DNA from: Macrostomum lignano
Lineage: Eukaryota
Direction: 5' to 3'
Length of the DNA stretch: 64,000 bases
Assembly: GCA_002269645.1 (NCBI GenBank)
Contig: NIVC01000740.1
Coordinates: 62,001-126,000 of the forward strand
This document shows, one piece after another, positions 50,142 through 62,935 of the stretch (its first letter is position 1; each line of letters begins with the position of its first letter). The notes beneath the pieces are model-generated. The model was given only the letters and a program-made list of their open reading frames with translations, searched no databases and was not told the DNA's origin. The position numbers were made by a program, and so were the translations under genes.

Positions 50142-51419
50142 AAGCATTCGCGATACCGAAGCATGGACAACCAAAGTATTACATATTGGAGGCCGGTTAT
50201 ACAATTTGGAAGTTTCAAGTTCTTTTAGCACTAAATTAACAACGGGTGGTATGAATAAAAATTAGGAAAATCTTAGCAGAACTTTGTACAAGCCAAGAAA
50301 ATAAAAGAAACATCTTCTTTAACGATGATTTTTTCTGGAGTAAGTCAAGTCAAATCAAGTGAACTCAAGTCAAGAAGGCAAGTCAAAACGCAAGTCAAAA
50401 AAAATTTTTTTCTCGGCTTGCAAAACTTTCTTGCGAGATTTTTCAAAGGGAAGCGCTGTCTATGGGCCAACCATCCTGGCCGTGAATGGGCACGTGGAAT
50501 ATCGAGAGAGAAGAGCGGATTCAGAGCAGACAACTGTCGAGTACATACTAGTAAGAGAAGCAGAAGGCCAAGCTAAAAGCCGGAACACAAGCAGAGGCTG
50601 CAGAATAAGAGAGTGCAAGTGCAAAATACTGTATACTGCTGTGATGCATGCTAATCTCTTCAGCAACACTCGAATGCATGGAAGCCAGGATTGCTGAGGC
50701 AATCGAAGTGTAATCTCCCATCTTCCCTCTGGTCTTCGTTGATTGCTGGAGAAAATAGTCCATTAGAAAAGACACGTGTTCCTCAGTAAATCAGTGCAGC
50801 TGTTGATGCTTTTGCGCTCATGTTGTTAATTCTATAGCTGAGGATGCGTTAAGTTTTCTGCTTCCTACTATACTGCACACATTTTATAGACTGAGACGAA
50901 AAAAATTGCGGGTCTGAGCTCTGGAAAAATATTCTAGCGAGAAAGAGAGAAATTCAAGTGTTTATTCGGATCGAAGAAAAATCGAGAAAAATTAATTTCT
51001 TAATCATACCGCCCAATGTCTTCTCCTGGACTTCTGAATGACAAAGAAGGAAAGTTTGCGTTTTTTCCATTGCAAGTTTTCGAGGTTAAAAAATCGAGCT
51101 GTTTCTGTTGAATTTTCTATTGATATGAATTTAGTGATTAAAACCAAATTTTCGTTAAAATCACTTAATTTTAAAAAACTTTTCTCAATTAAACTATTCG
51201 GAATATACGAGCACGTATATACGTAGCATGTGATAAACTTTTGAGATATAGTTGACTTTTAACTCCGTGGATTTGAAGAGGCTTATTCATTAAAAAAAAC
51301 CTGCTGTATCCATCGCGTACTTTTTTTAACAAGACGAAAAAAATTCAATAGATTATTCTAACTGTTCCAGATTTTTTCTTTGATATAATTACCTGTTTTA
51401 ATTGGATACATAAATGTTC

Positions 51420-51578
51420 ACGTAAACAAGTGTGAACACTTATGAACACGTAACACGTAAACAAATGTGAACATGTAAACAAATGTGAACATGTAAACAA
51501 ATGTGAACACGTAAACAAATGTGAACACGTAAACAAATGTGAAAATGTAAACAAATGTGAACACGTAAACAAATGTGT
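51420..51578. repeat. 18-bp tandem repeat (GTAAACAAATGTGAACA(C/T))
   Basis: GTAAACA at 51422, 51457, 51475, 51493, 51511, 51529, 51547 and 51565. Confidence 0.9.
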
Positions 51579-53775
51579 TAATTTGATATCTCGTCTGGAA
51601 ACGATGCTTTTTAACTGTACAATATTCACTGCAAGACGTACTTGGATCTTAGCACTTTTTAAACAAATTAATAAGAGTAGCTACCAGACAAAAACAATTT
51701 TCTCACATATAGTCGTCCAAAATGTGACCCCTTTTTACACTCGTACACACTGTATACCAAGTCAGCCTCCCGGCTTGTATGTATTTTCGATGCGATTGAG
51801 AATTGTCTTGTATTCTACTATTTTTTTCGAGATTTTGTTCACTACTTTTACTAATCAATTTTAAACTAAAATAAAATTGTTTATCGAGAACGATTTTTGA
51901 TTATATTTTTTGACATGTCCTACGTTTTTGTACTCAAGACAGCTCACGTCTTATAAAGTTAAGGCTTTGAATATGCTTAAGAGTATAACTGTATATTGTG
52001 CTGTTTCAAATATACACTTAATTGTTTGTTTTCGCGCCGAGCTACTCAACTCGACTTACATTGGTTAACTTTAATTTCATCGAATTGGTAAATAATCAAA
52101 GCAATATTAAGTACTATTAGAAAATTAGTTTTTTGTTTTTATCCGGTCTAAAATCTATAGCTAGCTGTTTAATTACTTCTGCTGAAAACGGGGCAATTGT
52201 TATTGAAATTGATACCTGGAATACCATTTCAAAAGAATTAAACTGAATGAGAATATACTATTTTCAGAGCTATTTATTACAAATTAATCAACTATTGGGA
52301 TCATCGAAGGTAAATATTTTGATAATCACAAAAGTTTCTGATACATCATCAAATCAGCTGGCCAATTCAAAATCGAAGATAAATAATTCCACAGAAATAA
52401 ATTAAATCAGTCCAGAATCATTCTTCATCTTGGATAATACAATGTACGTGTAAATCCGATAGTGTTTTCTGTGCGAAGTGTCCGAAGGATTAGTCGAAAT
52501 CCTATCAGGCCCGCTGCTAATCCTCTATCAGCTAATCCTCTTGGGATCAGAAGGAATTTGCAACGAGCGGGACACAGATGCGCTCACCTCTCCCAGCTGC
52601 TACATCGAGCATATGGACTCGGGCATCGAAGAATGAGCCGCCTGAGATTAGCCATTTTTTAACTGCAAGGCCATTTGGCGCCGACCGTTGGAACGGTACG
52701 ACTTCGACTGTCTTCAGCACACGACAGCTTTTTGACACAACCGGCTAGAATTGTTTATCTATCATAAATTTTGCAATAGTGCATGATGCTAGCAGTAAGA
52801 AAAACAACTTTATCATTATCAGGGACAACCACTTTTTTTTAGTCTTAGCTACCCTTTTCTCTCTTATATTTTCGCGCGGTTTTTGTTTTACCTATCAATA
52901 CTTATCGCCTGACGATCCCACTTGTGTGGCGAAACATGTCGCTAAACAAAAAATATCGTTCACAAATATCTCGTTAGATATACTCGTAGCTTTTATTGAT
53001 AAAGTTGTTTTTCTTACTACTAATTAATATTAGGCGTAGCAAGCCTACCGTAGCTATACGATGATTGATAGCACTCCCATTCTAATCGTGTAAGAATGGC
53101 GGCAGCTTTTTCAAGCCATAATTTAAACCGGACCTGTTCGAGAAGAATTGTATGCAATTTCTCTGACCAGAAATCTAAGATCGACCGTCGGAGTCCTCAA
53201 AGTTGGTTTCGAGTATCATACAACGAAAATTGTAGCTATATATATATAGGCCGGGCTATTATTGGAAATGCGAAGCCACGAAGACCGCCATAAAATTAAC
53301 GATTTGTTTGAAAAAAAAATTTTAATCATTGAAAAAACAAGTCTTTAAAATGTATAGTTCATTTAAAATTTGCTTAGAATTTCGTGATTTTGAAAATTTA
53401 GAAGGCTTAAAAGATTTGTCAGTTGACTTTTGGCTTTGAAAACAAAGTCTTAGGATTTCATTATTTTAACAAAAAATCCTGTCACAGATTGAAAACAAGC
53501 AAAAAATAAGTATTCAAATCGTTTTTTTAACTGCTTGCTTTAATGTCTACTGCTTGTTGCTAATCTCCGGCAGCATTTTTCCCAAATTAAAGTCGAAAAA
53601 CGTGCGATCTCGGACCTATTAACGCATACCATGTACATATGTACGACGTACCTTTTTCTGCCAGGCCTGCCCAACGTGGCGCATAATTGTTGTACAGCCC
53701 CTGCTGCTCAAGGACTACTAAAGTAGAAGGACGGGAAAACTACATTTCTTAGAAATTTTTGAGGCTGGTTTTCGC

Positions 53776-54357
53776 CAGAAATACACTACATGGATAGGAA
53801 GTTTTCATTTTTTCAGCAAAAACATTGTTATTGCTTTTGATAGGACGCAGACCCAATGTTCATCTTTTGTTGTGCCTTTCTTTTAGCTCTATTGATATTC
53901 ATAAGCTTTTCGTTGAAAAAATCAGGATTCTATGTCATTTTCTATTCTACGTACTTGAATTGCATACGTCATCCTGTGCCTAAAAACCATTAAAATGGCA
54001 CGGCGATCGGCTCATTGGTTTTATGAATCTATTTTTTCATTCTTATATTAGCTGACTGTGTAACAATATGTGTAACGTACAGAGATGATAAATAAATAGG
54101 TTCATAAAACCAGTCGAGCGGTGCCATGCATTTTTATGATTGATTTCTAGGTACAGGAAATGTACGTAGAATAAAAAATTAACATACTCTTAGAATTATA
54201 ATTTTCTAAAGGAAAAGGTTTATGAATATCAATCAATATAGGGCTATCAGAGAAAGGCACATATCAAAAGATGAACATTGGGTCTGCCTCCTATCGAAAG
54301 CAATAACAGTTTTGTGCTGAGAATGAAAACTTCCTATCTCTGTTGTGTATTTTTCTG
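53776..54357. mobile_element. Degenerate fold-back / MITE-like palindrome (~580 bp)
   Basis: The left arm (GATAGGAAGTTTTCATT..CAGACCCAATGTTCATCTTTTG..TTCTACGTAC..TGGTTTTATGAA) is the reverse complement of the right arm, roughly 75-85% identical by eye, centred near 54070. Confidence 0.75.
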
Positions 54358-57300
54358 ATGGTTTAATTAGTGGCTCGCTGTTTCCTTGTCACGTGAACTC
54401 GTCACATGACAAGCCTTGTTTTCTTAGAGTCCAAAGTGCAACTTGTTTACTTGTTGCCCTGCTTTTTGGTGCCCTTGGTGCCCTTGCTTTTTAAGGCAAG
54501 TCGTTGACGTCAGTTGCCAAAAATAGACACCATGTGACTTTCTTACGTGATTTCTTTCTTTGCACTGGCCCTATATGGCGCCACAGCCGAAAAATACAGA
54601 CTTAATTCTAGCTTGTTTTCGTCAAGTGTCTTCAGAATCCTAAAAAATCCTAAAATCCTCGTCACCGCCTTCCTTTCCCTGTAACTTCTGTGTCTTCTCT
54701 GCATGTCAGCTGCCGCCTGATCCCCTGAAATTTGAGAGTCCGCCCCGAAACTAAATTAATCGCCCCGCTTAGCTTTTCAGGATCTGCTGACTACATGTAG
54801 GTCGTCTGGAGTCGCAAATCCGCACGGTGTACTCACTCTACTGAGTTTGCTCGTCTTCGTTATTTCTTCGTTCCAACTAGACCTTAACCTCACAGGAGAG
54901 TGAGTTCTGAATGAATTGGTGGCAGCACTACAACCGAAGGATTTAGATTGGAGCCACCTCAACCCACCGGACATGTCGAGTTAGCCTAGAGATACAACGC
55001 ATGTAATTAGTCTAATCCCGTTGCCCCTCCTGCATAGGGCGTGGCTTATATTAATGAGACTAAAATCATTTTACAATTTGATTCGGATGTTACAATTTTT
55101 CTAATAACACGTATAGCTTGTAATTAGCACTAATGCTCAAGAAGTACCTCCTTTGGCTAATTCACGTGACAGTAATGATGGCAAACTGAACTAGGACGTA
55201 CACTTGATTTCAGGGGGGCTTCGCCACATATGGGAACAAAGCCAAGAATTCTACATTACATGACTAAATTCCTACATGCACATTATTTTGAGAATCGGTG
55301 TTGCTAGCACTCATTTTGGCGCCGCAGGCAGGCACTATATTTTGGCGCCATGAAGGAAAATTATAGATTTCTGCAATGGGTCACAAGGTGGGGTTGGGGG
55401 ACAAAGCATTGACATGTCCTCCCATAGCTTTTGTCCCTTCCCTCCCCCCGTGGCGACGCTCCTGCTCTATTTTCTTAGAAATGAGTTTGAGGCTGGTAAA
55501 GGAACGTGTACTGGTATTTTCCGTATTCCGTGTAGTGCATTTAGCATGCAGCTCTCTAGAAAATTCAAATTTTTCGAGCGCTGATTTTTCTTCACCGAAT
55601 GTCTCTGGCGAAACCCCACGCTATGTGCTCTCTAAAGTGCACTAAGCGTACATGACCATAGACCCAGTGCAAGTATGGGATACATAATTTGCTTACATGA
55701 TTTTTCCTGGTCTATGACCGGGACAAACTGGGTAAAACCCTTTTAGGTCCTGGTTAATGGCCAAAAGTGGCAACGGAACACGGTAAAACGTTTATTTAAG
55801 CAAAAGGAAAGTGAATGGTAAAAGTCCAACCATATAGCAGAAGGATGCACGTCAGCATCGATTTGTTAGTTTAATGTCTATTCGAAAAAAATGTCAGTTA
55901 AATTCATTGCAAATCTTCTTTGTCTAACCGCAAATTTCGATGCGGTGAGTCGGTCGGTCGTCAGATAAGCTGCGTGCACCGGGACAGACTTGGCGGGCAC
56001 CGATGGTCTGGCCGAACTGATGACGTCAGTAGTAAAACCTTTCTTGCTCCACAGAAACGCCGATGCAACGCTCAACGGCTGATCGAGCTGCTTCCACCCA
56101 GACCAGCTTCTTCAGTGCGTGCCACTCGTCGAATTTCTTCACCACCCAATGCGGCCTACCTCTTGGTATTCTCCGGGTAGTTGTCTTCTATTTTCTGATC
56201 GATTTCCCCCTCCGTGGTCATTTTCTAGATGAAAATCACATGACAAATTCATATTTTTCTAGCAGAGAAGTATAAGTAGTTATTGGAGTAGAGTGGATAT
56301 ATGCGTTCCTTACCGTCCTCTAGCTCATTTCTTAGAAAATTGACTGTAGCGTCCACCTACTACAGTCGTCCATGACTAAACTCTGCGCAAGAAACGGTGA
56401 GAACATTGCTGACTAAGCATAAGCATGTGACACATTAAGGTCTCCGTCGAGGTGACCATTAAGCGCAATATTTGATGCCTGTTTCCTGATCGAGTGGAGC
56501 AAAACTTAAAAAATCTATGCGTACGATAGGTTTTTATTTTTTTTCCAATTTGCCCTTGTTCTGCTGATAAACATGTTATTAGCTTGCTTTTGATGCTCGA
56601 TTTTCTTTAAAGTATACGCCCAAATATTGCCTAATCATACCAATAGTTAGTAGTTTGTGAGAGTAAAAAACAAATAACGCGGTAGCATACAGCTATTAGT
56701 AGTTCCAGAAGTACTTCAAGGATTCGAATACAGTTTGGATAACGGCCATCGAGAGCTGAAAGGGAAAATTTTCAACACAAGCGGTACCGGAGGAACGAAG
56801 ATGCATAAATATATGCTTGGTATAGCAACGTCCATGAAAGACGAAAGATTGATCCCTAATAAAGGGCCCACTGAAGTTGGCTACCTCTCAGCAGCAAGGA
56901 TGAGGGAGCAGGACAATAAAGTGCACGTGCAACGTGAATTTCTACTTGAGTAATGCTGATCCAGAAACCAGTAGGAATCAGGGGGAGGGGTGCTGGAAAG
57001 GAAAACGGATGTCCTGTGAGCCTCGTGTCGAGCACACGAAAGGCAAGAGAAAATTCCGAGGCATATTTAAAGCCCTGCCTCGTGAAGCGATGTTGAAGCG
57101 TCGGTTCTACATGCATACTCGAAACGGTTCGCATGCATAGTTCTCAGACTTTGCGTTAACCTCTGCGACCAGAATTATCTGACAGGTAGTTATCGAAGTC
57201 AGGATGAGCCTCTATAAATAGGCATGAGAACAGCAGCCAGAACATGCCTGACGATTAGAAAGCCGGGGCCGATCTGTACGCCCTGCGCTCATGAGTCAGC

Positions 57301-58095
57301 GGAATGTGTATAATTGCCTTACTTACCGCTCGTTGTGGGTAAGATGTCGAGAGTGTTGCAATTCGGAGTGCTCACAGCCCTCCTGCAATAATAATTATTA
57401 TTATTAACTCCCATGACATTTAGTTGGTTAACTTTTGTGCTTGATGTTGGAAGGCGCGCGATTTTGGAGTTTTGGACGGTGACACTACCGAGTGAAAATG
57501 TGTAGAACGTTGTCGCTTGGTACATTGTTAATTGGATAACCCGATGTCTCATTTGATGGCGATGTAAACGATTTCTCAAGTTCTGTTTTTCGTTTATAGC
57601 GGAGTAGCTTCTTAACACTAATTATGACTATTAAATAGGCTCCTGTTTTTTCAAGCGCTTCCTTTTCTCGTGAATATTTCTGCAGAAACGAACGAGGGTG
57701 CGTCCACATGTAATTGCACGTACATTACCATGGAAGGGGTTGAAATAGCTTAACCATGTTGTCGACGTTTTGAGGCTTTTACTCAGATGTAACGCACTGA
57801 AATATATACTGACTCTGCAGATTGAAAGTTCATTCAGATCCTTATCAAAGCTAAAAGCTGTTGTTTTGAAGGCCTACCTTCTGAAAATAATTATACATAT
57901 TTTTAAGACTAGCCTAATTACTGCAAATCACTTGCATGAATTACCTTTTTATTCACTTGCTTCGTAATCAACTCCCCTGATCTTTCCAGCTAGCTTCTAA
58001 TTTAGTCATCTAATGTAGTCTTTCTTTTGATGAAAAGTGAACAAACACAAAGAAAACAACAACAAAATGCGCTGTCAGTTTGATATTAAATGCAA

Positions 58096-58575
58096 AGTTT
58101 GACAATAACAAGCACAGTTGGACAATAACACATACATTTGTACAATTACAAGCACAGTTGGACAATAACACATACATTTGTACAATTACAAGCACAGTTG
58201 GACAATAACACATACATTTGTACAGTTACAAGCACAGTTGGACAATAACACATACATTTGTACAGTTACAAGCACAGTTGGACAATAACACATACATTTG
58301 TACAGTTACAAGCACAGTTGGACAATAACACATACATTTGTACAGTTACAAGCACAGTTGGACAATAACACATACATTTGTACAATTACAAGCACAGTTA
58401 GACAATAACACATATAGTTCAATAATTACAACCACATTCAGACACTAACGCATACAGTTAAACAACAGCAAGCACAGTCGGAGAATAACACATACAGTTG
58501 AACAATAACACATACAATTGGACAACAACAAGCACAGTTGGAGATAAACACACGCTCGTAGAGTTGGACAATAAC
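58096..58575. repeat. 40-bp minisatellite decaying rightwards
   Basis: AGCACAGTTG at 58111, 58151 and onward. Confidence 0.93.
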
Positions 58576-58841
58576 ACGCACCACAACGTGTAGTTATTTG
58601 GCAAGGAAACGCTTTTCAATCGGGAATTATTGCAGGCTAATTGATCGTAGTCTATGGTAAGAACTCATTGACTTGGCTCACTTGCTGGCTAGACTATTTG
58701 ACAAGGTGTACAACCAAATGTCTATATTAGGCAACTTGTGAGACTTTAATATTCTCCTTAAGTACCTCGTTCAAGTAAAAGTCAGCTCTGCAGTTGATTG
58801 GAAGCAGCTACGAGTGTAATTTCCAGCAAAAAAGTTCAATA

Positions 58842-60355
58842 TAGCATTTCCCGGTCAATTTGGTCCTAGAATCACTCAATTTAATCCGCAATAGAGAATT
58901 CCAATTCATTCCGCCGTCACTAGAGATATGTCTATGGCCAAATATGCTGTTTCGTTCCACTCAATTTAATCCTCGGGGCACTTATTTCGCGTATTTATTT
59001 TAAAAGCTCTTACTTTTAAAGAAAAGAGATTGAAGCATTAAGTTGTTCAGAATGAAGCTGGAATAAATTTACCATAATGTAGTCGACAAAACAAAATAAG
59101 GAAAACAGTAACAGCAATAAAAAAGGAAACCTGAACAGCCATCAGAAACAACATCATAAAAGTTATAGAATGCATCTAGGGATAAAGAGCATCATTTGGC
59201 GGTCCAATCGATTCCCACGATTCGCCATTGACACAGAGTAATCTGTGGAGGTGGACCATCTAGCTCGACTTTGACTGCCGGAAGCGCCAGCTGCTGCTTG
59301 ATTGCGGCTTTTAAACAGCTGTGAGCAGATTCCACTGGGTTTACCGCCGGAATTTGAACACCGTTGTGAAATCTGGCCCCGTTACGACGTAGAACTGCTG
59401 CTGGTGACGAACATCATTGCGAGCACTGACGTTTGCGACCAATCGATCGATGCAGCCCTGAAACCTTTGAGCAGTCATTGTCTCGGCAATAATCTCATGG
59501 TGCAGTAGGCAAAGATGCGGGGATATAGCTTGAAAAATGTTCACTTGGACACCGCGTTGTGTATCAACAACTCGGCGCACTCGTTGACCCCGTCTGCTGC
59601 GGCCTTGACTACGTCGCGTCTACAGATTAAAACCTGTTTCGTCGACGTAAATCAAATGGCAATCAGCTGGCAGACCTAGAAGCCATTCGGCATGCTCACG
59701 CCTCCTTGCAATGTTTTCGGGGCTGTTCCTGGCTGCTGGCACATCTGCGTCCCTTACCAAGCACTTCATCCTAAACAATTGCTTGTCGAGCTTCCGAGCG
59801 ATCGTAATTTTGCTAACTTCCATTCCATGAGATTGTTGAAGCTCATGTTGCATTTGACTCAGCGTTAAAAGTGGATTTTCCTCCAACATTTGCAGCAGCG
59901 TGTTTGTGTGCATCTCTCCAAGTTTTTCGTGTCACAAGCCGCCTCTTGGAAGACGATTTTGGTGGCCAGTTGTTTCGTATCGCCTTCTTATTGAGTATAC
60001 CGTTCGAATTTTCATGTTTAGCCACTGAGCAATCGACGATGGAGTCTCTCCACGCTCAAGAGCTTGCACGATGAGACGGTACCTCTCATTGCCGACTTTC
60101 GCATGTGGTCCGCGCCCCTGATTTCCTTCTCCGTCAGCAGTGACAAAGCTGGCGCTACTTTTCGAGTCACTCATTCTTGCTTATTAACGGCTTTTAAAAT
60201 AAATACGCGAAATAAGTGCCCCGAGGATTAAATTGAGTGGAACGAAACAGCATATTTGGCCATAGAAATATCTCTAGTGACGGCGGAATGAATTGGAATT
60301 CTCTATTGCGTATTAAATTGAGTGATTCTAGGACCAAATTAACCGGGAAATGCTA
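58842..60355 (-). mobile_element. IS630/Tc1-mariner superfamily DNA transposon, defective
   Basis: ~166-bp TIRs (58842-59007 and 60190-60355) with only a few mismatches, flanked by TA. The exact termini are ambiguous by 2 bp. Confidence 0.88.
59190..60174 (-). pseudogene. DDE (IS630-like/DDE_3) transposase pseudogene
   Basis: HTH region (SSIAQWLNMKIRTVYSIRRRY..PRGG), LIYVDETGFNL and NPVE..CLK. In-frame stops at 59932-59934 and 59620-59622. A frameshift/deletion lies at the second Asp and a deletion before NPVE. Confidence 0.85.
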
Positions 60356-62935
60356 TATTTTTGCTCTAGCCAGAAAGTGTCACAGCTCTGCAAAAATCTT
60401 CAATTACGTAGATATGCAAGGAAATTAGTTTTCCCCATAGACTTCCTGTCGTAGGTAAAAATATTTTGTTTATGGTGTCCTTCTGTTCACCTCGTATCAA
60501 GCAGTTCTGCCTCGCACATGGGACTGAAGGATTAAGGGATTTGTCAATGCAATCAAGAAGGAATTCATGAGGAACTGATATGATTAAGCTGGGAGATTCG
60601 ATGGATAAGCATGGATTTACGCCATCAAAAAATGTCCCACTTTAGGTTACATGTACTTCGAATCATGCAAGGACTCGAGAATCGTTTTTTGCCTGCGTAA
60701 TTTAATTTGGACAGTTTAAATTCACCAAGCATACTACTTGTCCAAGGCACTCGTGTAGTAGTCTGATAAAAGTCTTACACTTATAATCTGCAATTAAGAG
60801 GAAATTGCATTGATTTCCGATTTGAAGTTAAGCAGATGTTTTAATTAAGCTAGCAAGACTCCATCAAAGTCAGGCTCTAAGGAATTCGCTGATTATAAAT
60901 CCAGCCGGATTAAACTTGATCTTTGAGGGCTTCAATTTTGCTTTTGCTTGGCAAAAAATAAGAGAGTAGCTGACCCTGACTAGGCCGAAATTCCTCGGCT
61001 CCAAGTGTCGAGAGATTTCATGTAATTATCACTTGCTTTTCGGTTCAATTAAAGCCTGCCGGGTCATGCGATCAAGGATGTAATTATCCTGATGCTGTTC
61101 AAGATCTCTTTTGTTGAGCTTCATTGAACATCTCTGAGATTTAATCTGAGATTTTTACTTCTGCTTGAACGTTTCATCGTAGCTACGGAGAGCGCATTCC
61201 ACAAAAAGTTCCAGATTTCAAAGTGAAATAATTTTTCTTTGAAGTTAATGAATTCAATTTTACCACAACATGGACACATACAGAGGATGTTTTTTACTGA
61301 TTAGAGGCTGCAATTTGTCAGTTGCAATGTTGCAGAGCAAGATTGGAATCGGTTGTGTCAGAATATGGCAAAGCTCTGCTTCCCTTTCAGTTCACCCCTG
61401 TTGGAAGGCTGCCAATCGCTTGGGAATAGCTTTGGATAAGAGTCAGTAGATTTTCTCTCCTTTTATCTCCCCCTTCTTGGTTTGCCCTGCCAGCCTCGTT
61501 GTGTCCAAATCCCATGGCTGTAGAAGAAAGAGAGGGGCCGCTTGCTCTTGACATCGCCGGAGCAGGCGTAGTCCTCTATCCTCAGCCAACCACCCCATCC
61601 TCTCCAAGTCCCTGCAGCGCGCATTTTTTCATTTCAATAATCCACTTTATCGATCTCCCCCTTTCCTCTCTTCTCTCTCCTCTCCCACCCGCTATAGGGG
61701 ATCGGACTCTCTGCCCCTGGAAGGACTCCTGCCCATGCCTATCTGTCTATCCTTCCCCATTCTCCAGTCACCCGCGCTGCTTCATGCATATCCGCGCGCA
61801 CGCGGGCCTGATAACCTATTGCTTTTTCGTCCAGAGTCTCGGCTCAGGCTTGCCTGCTAGATGCGAGGGCGGGAGAGGATGACAAGAAACATGGGAATAG
61901 TCTCAAAGTGTATGTCCGCAGTGTGTACATGTGCATTCAACCCTTGCCTTGCCCACCCTAGGGAAGCATGCGCGCGTGTACGGGACGAGAAAAGAGTCGA
62001 GGAACCTCTGCCATCGCAGGAATCCAACCCCAACTCCCTCCTTCTCTCTTTCCGTTCACCCTCCGGACCTCATCCCTTCCAAATCCTGCAGAGTACTTCC
62101 TGCTCCATCCCAGAGAGAGTGAGTGCGCGAATCCCCAGTTGCTCCGCTGCACTCGAATTTCTCCCCGCGCTGTCCCTTCGATCGGACATTAAAATCACGA
62201 GCTGAACTAATAATTCTCCCCCTTGTCTCTTGTCTAGACTCTTGTTTAGACTCTTGTCTAAACTTGTACTGCAGTCAGAGCCAAAAAATAATTGAAAACT
62301 CGTTCAATACTGAGGCAAATCGAGATCGATAGTTTTTAAACAAGGTAAGAGCTGCTTGATTAAATCAAATACCTGTACGAGGAGTCGTACATGCAGAACT
62401 AGAAGAAAGAGGCTACATTGGGTTTTTTTAGAAATAAGCTGGAGGTCGGTAGGGAACGTATGCCGGTCTCCTCAACGGTCCTTGTACCTGCATTTATTCT
62501 TTGAAAATCCAGTCAATAGTATTCACTGTAAAATTTGATTTTTGATGCGAAACGACAGAAAGAAAACTATCTAACTTATCATATTTGATCTAAACAAGCC
62601 AGGCATGGTCTGGAAACTATGTCATGCGATTCTGTAATAAATATTCTCGAGGCACTCTCTAGTCGCTAGCAAGTATATAAATAAGGGTGAAGGCGGTGTG
62701 CATTGGTGTGACTTGAGCCCGTCTTGGATTCATTTTCCATCCTTGGCTTTAACCCAGTTATTGGATAGCGGGGAGACTCATAAAGACGGAAAGCCGATTT
62801 TTCCTCATTTCCTTTTTGCTATCGGTAGCCTACGTCCTCAGATCCTTCCCTTAGCTTCTCCCACACTATTTATCACCCTTGCGATTGATTATTCCGAAAA
62901 AAATCACTTATAGTTCGCTCCAGTTCAAACGAAGC

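Noticed and set aside
60430-61450. Coding-like decayed sequence on the minus strand
   Set aside because: Multiple stops and no recognisable motif; a family cannot be assigned by eye.
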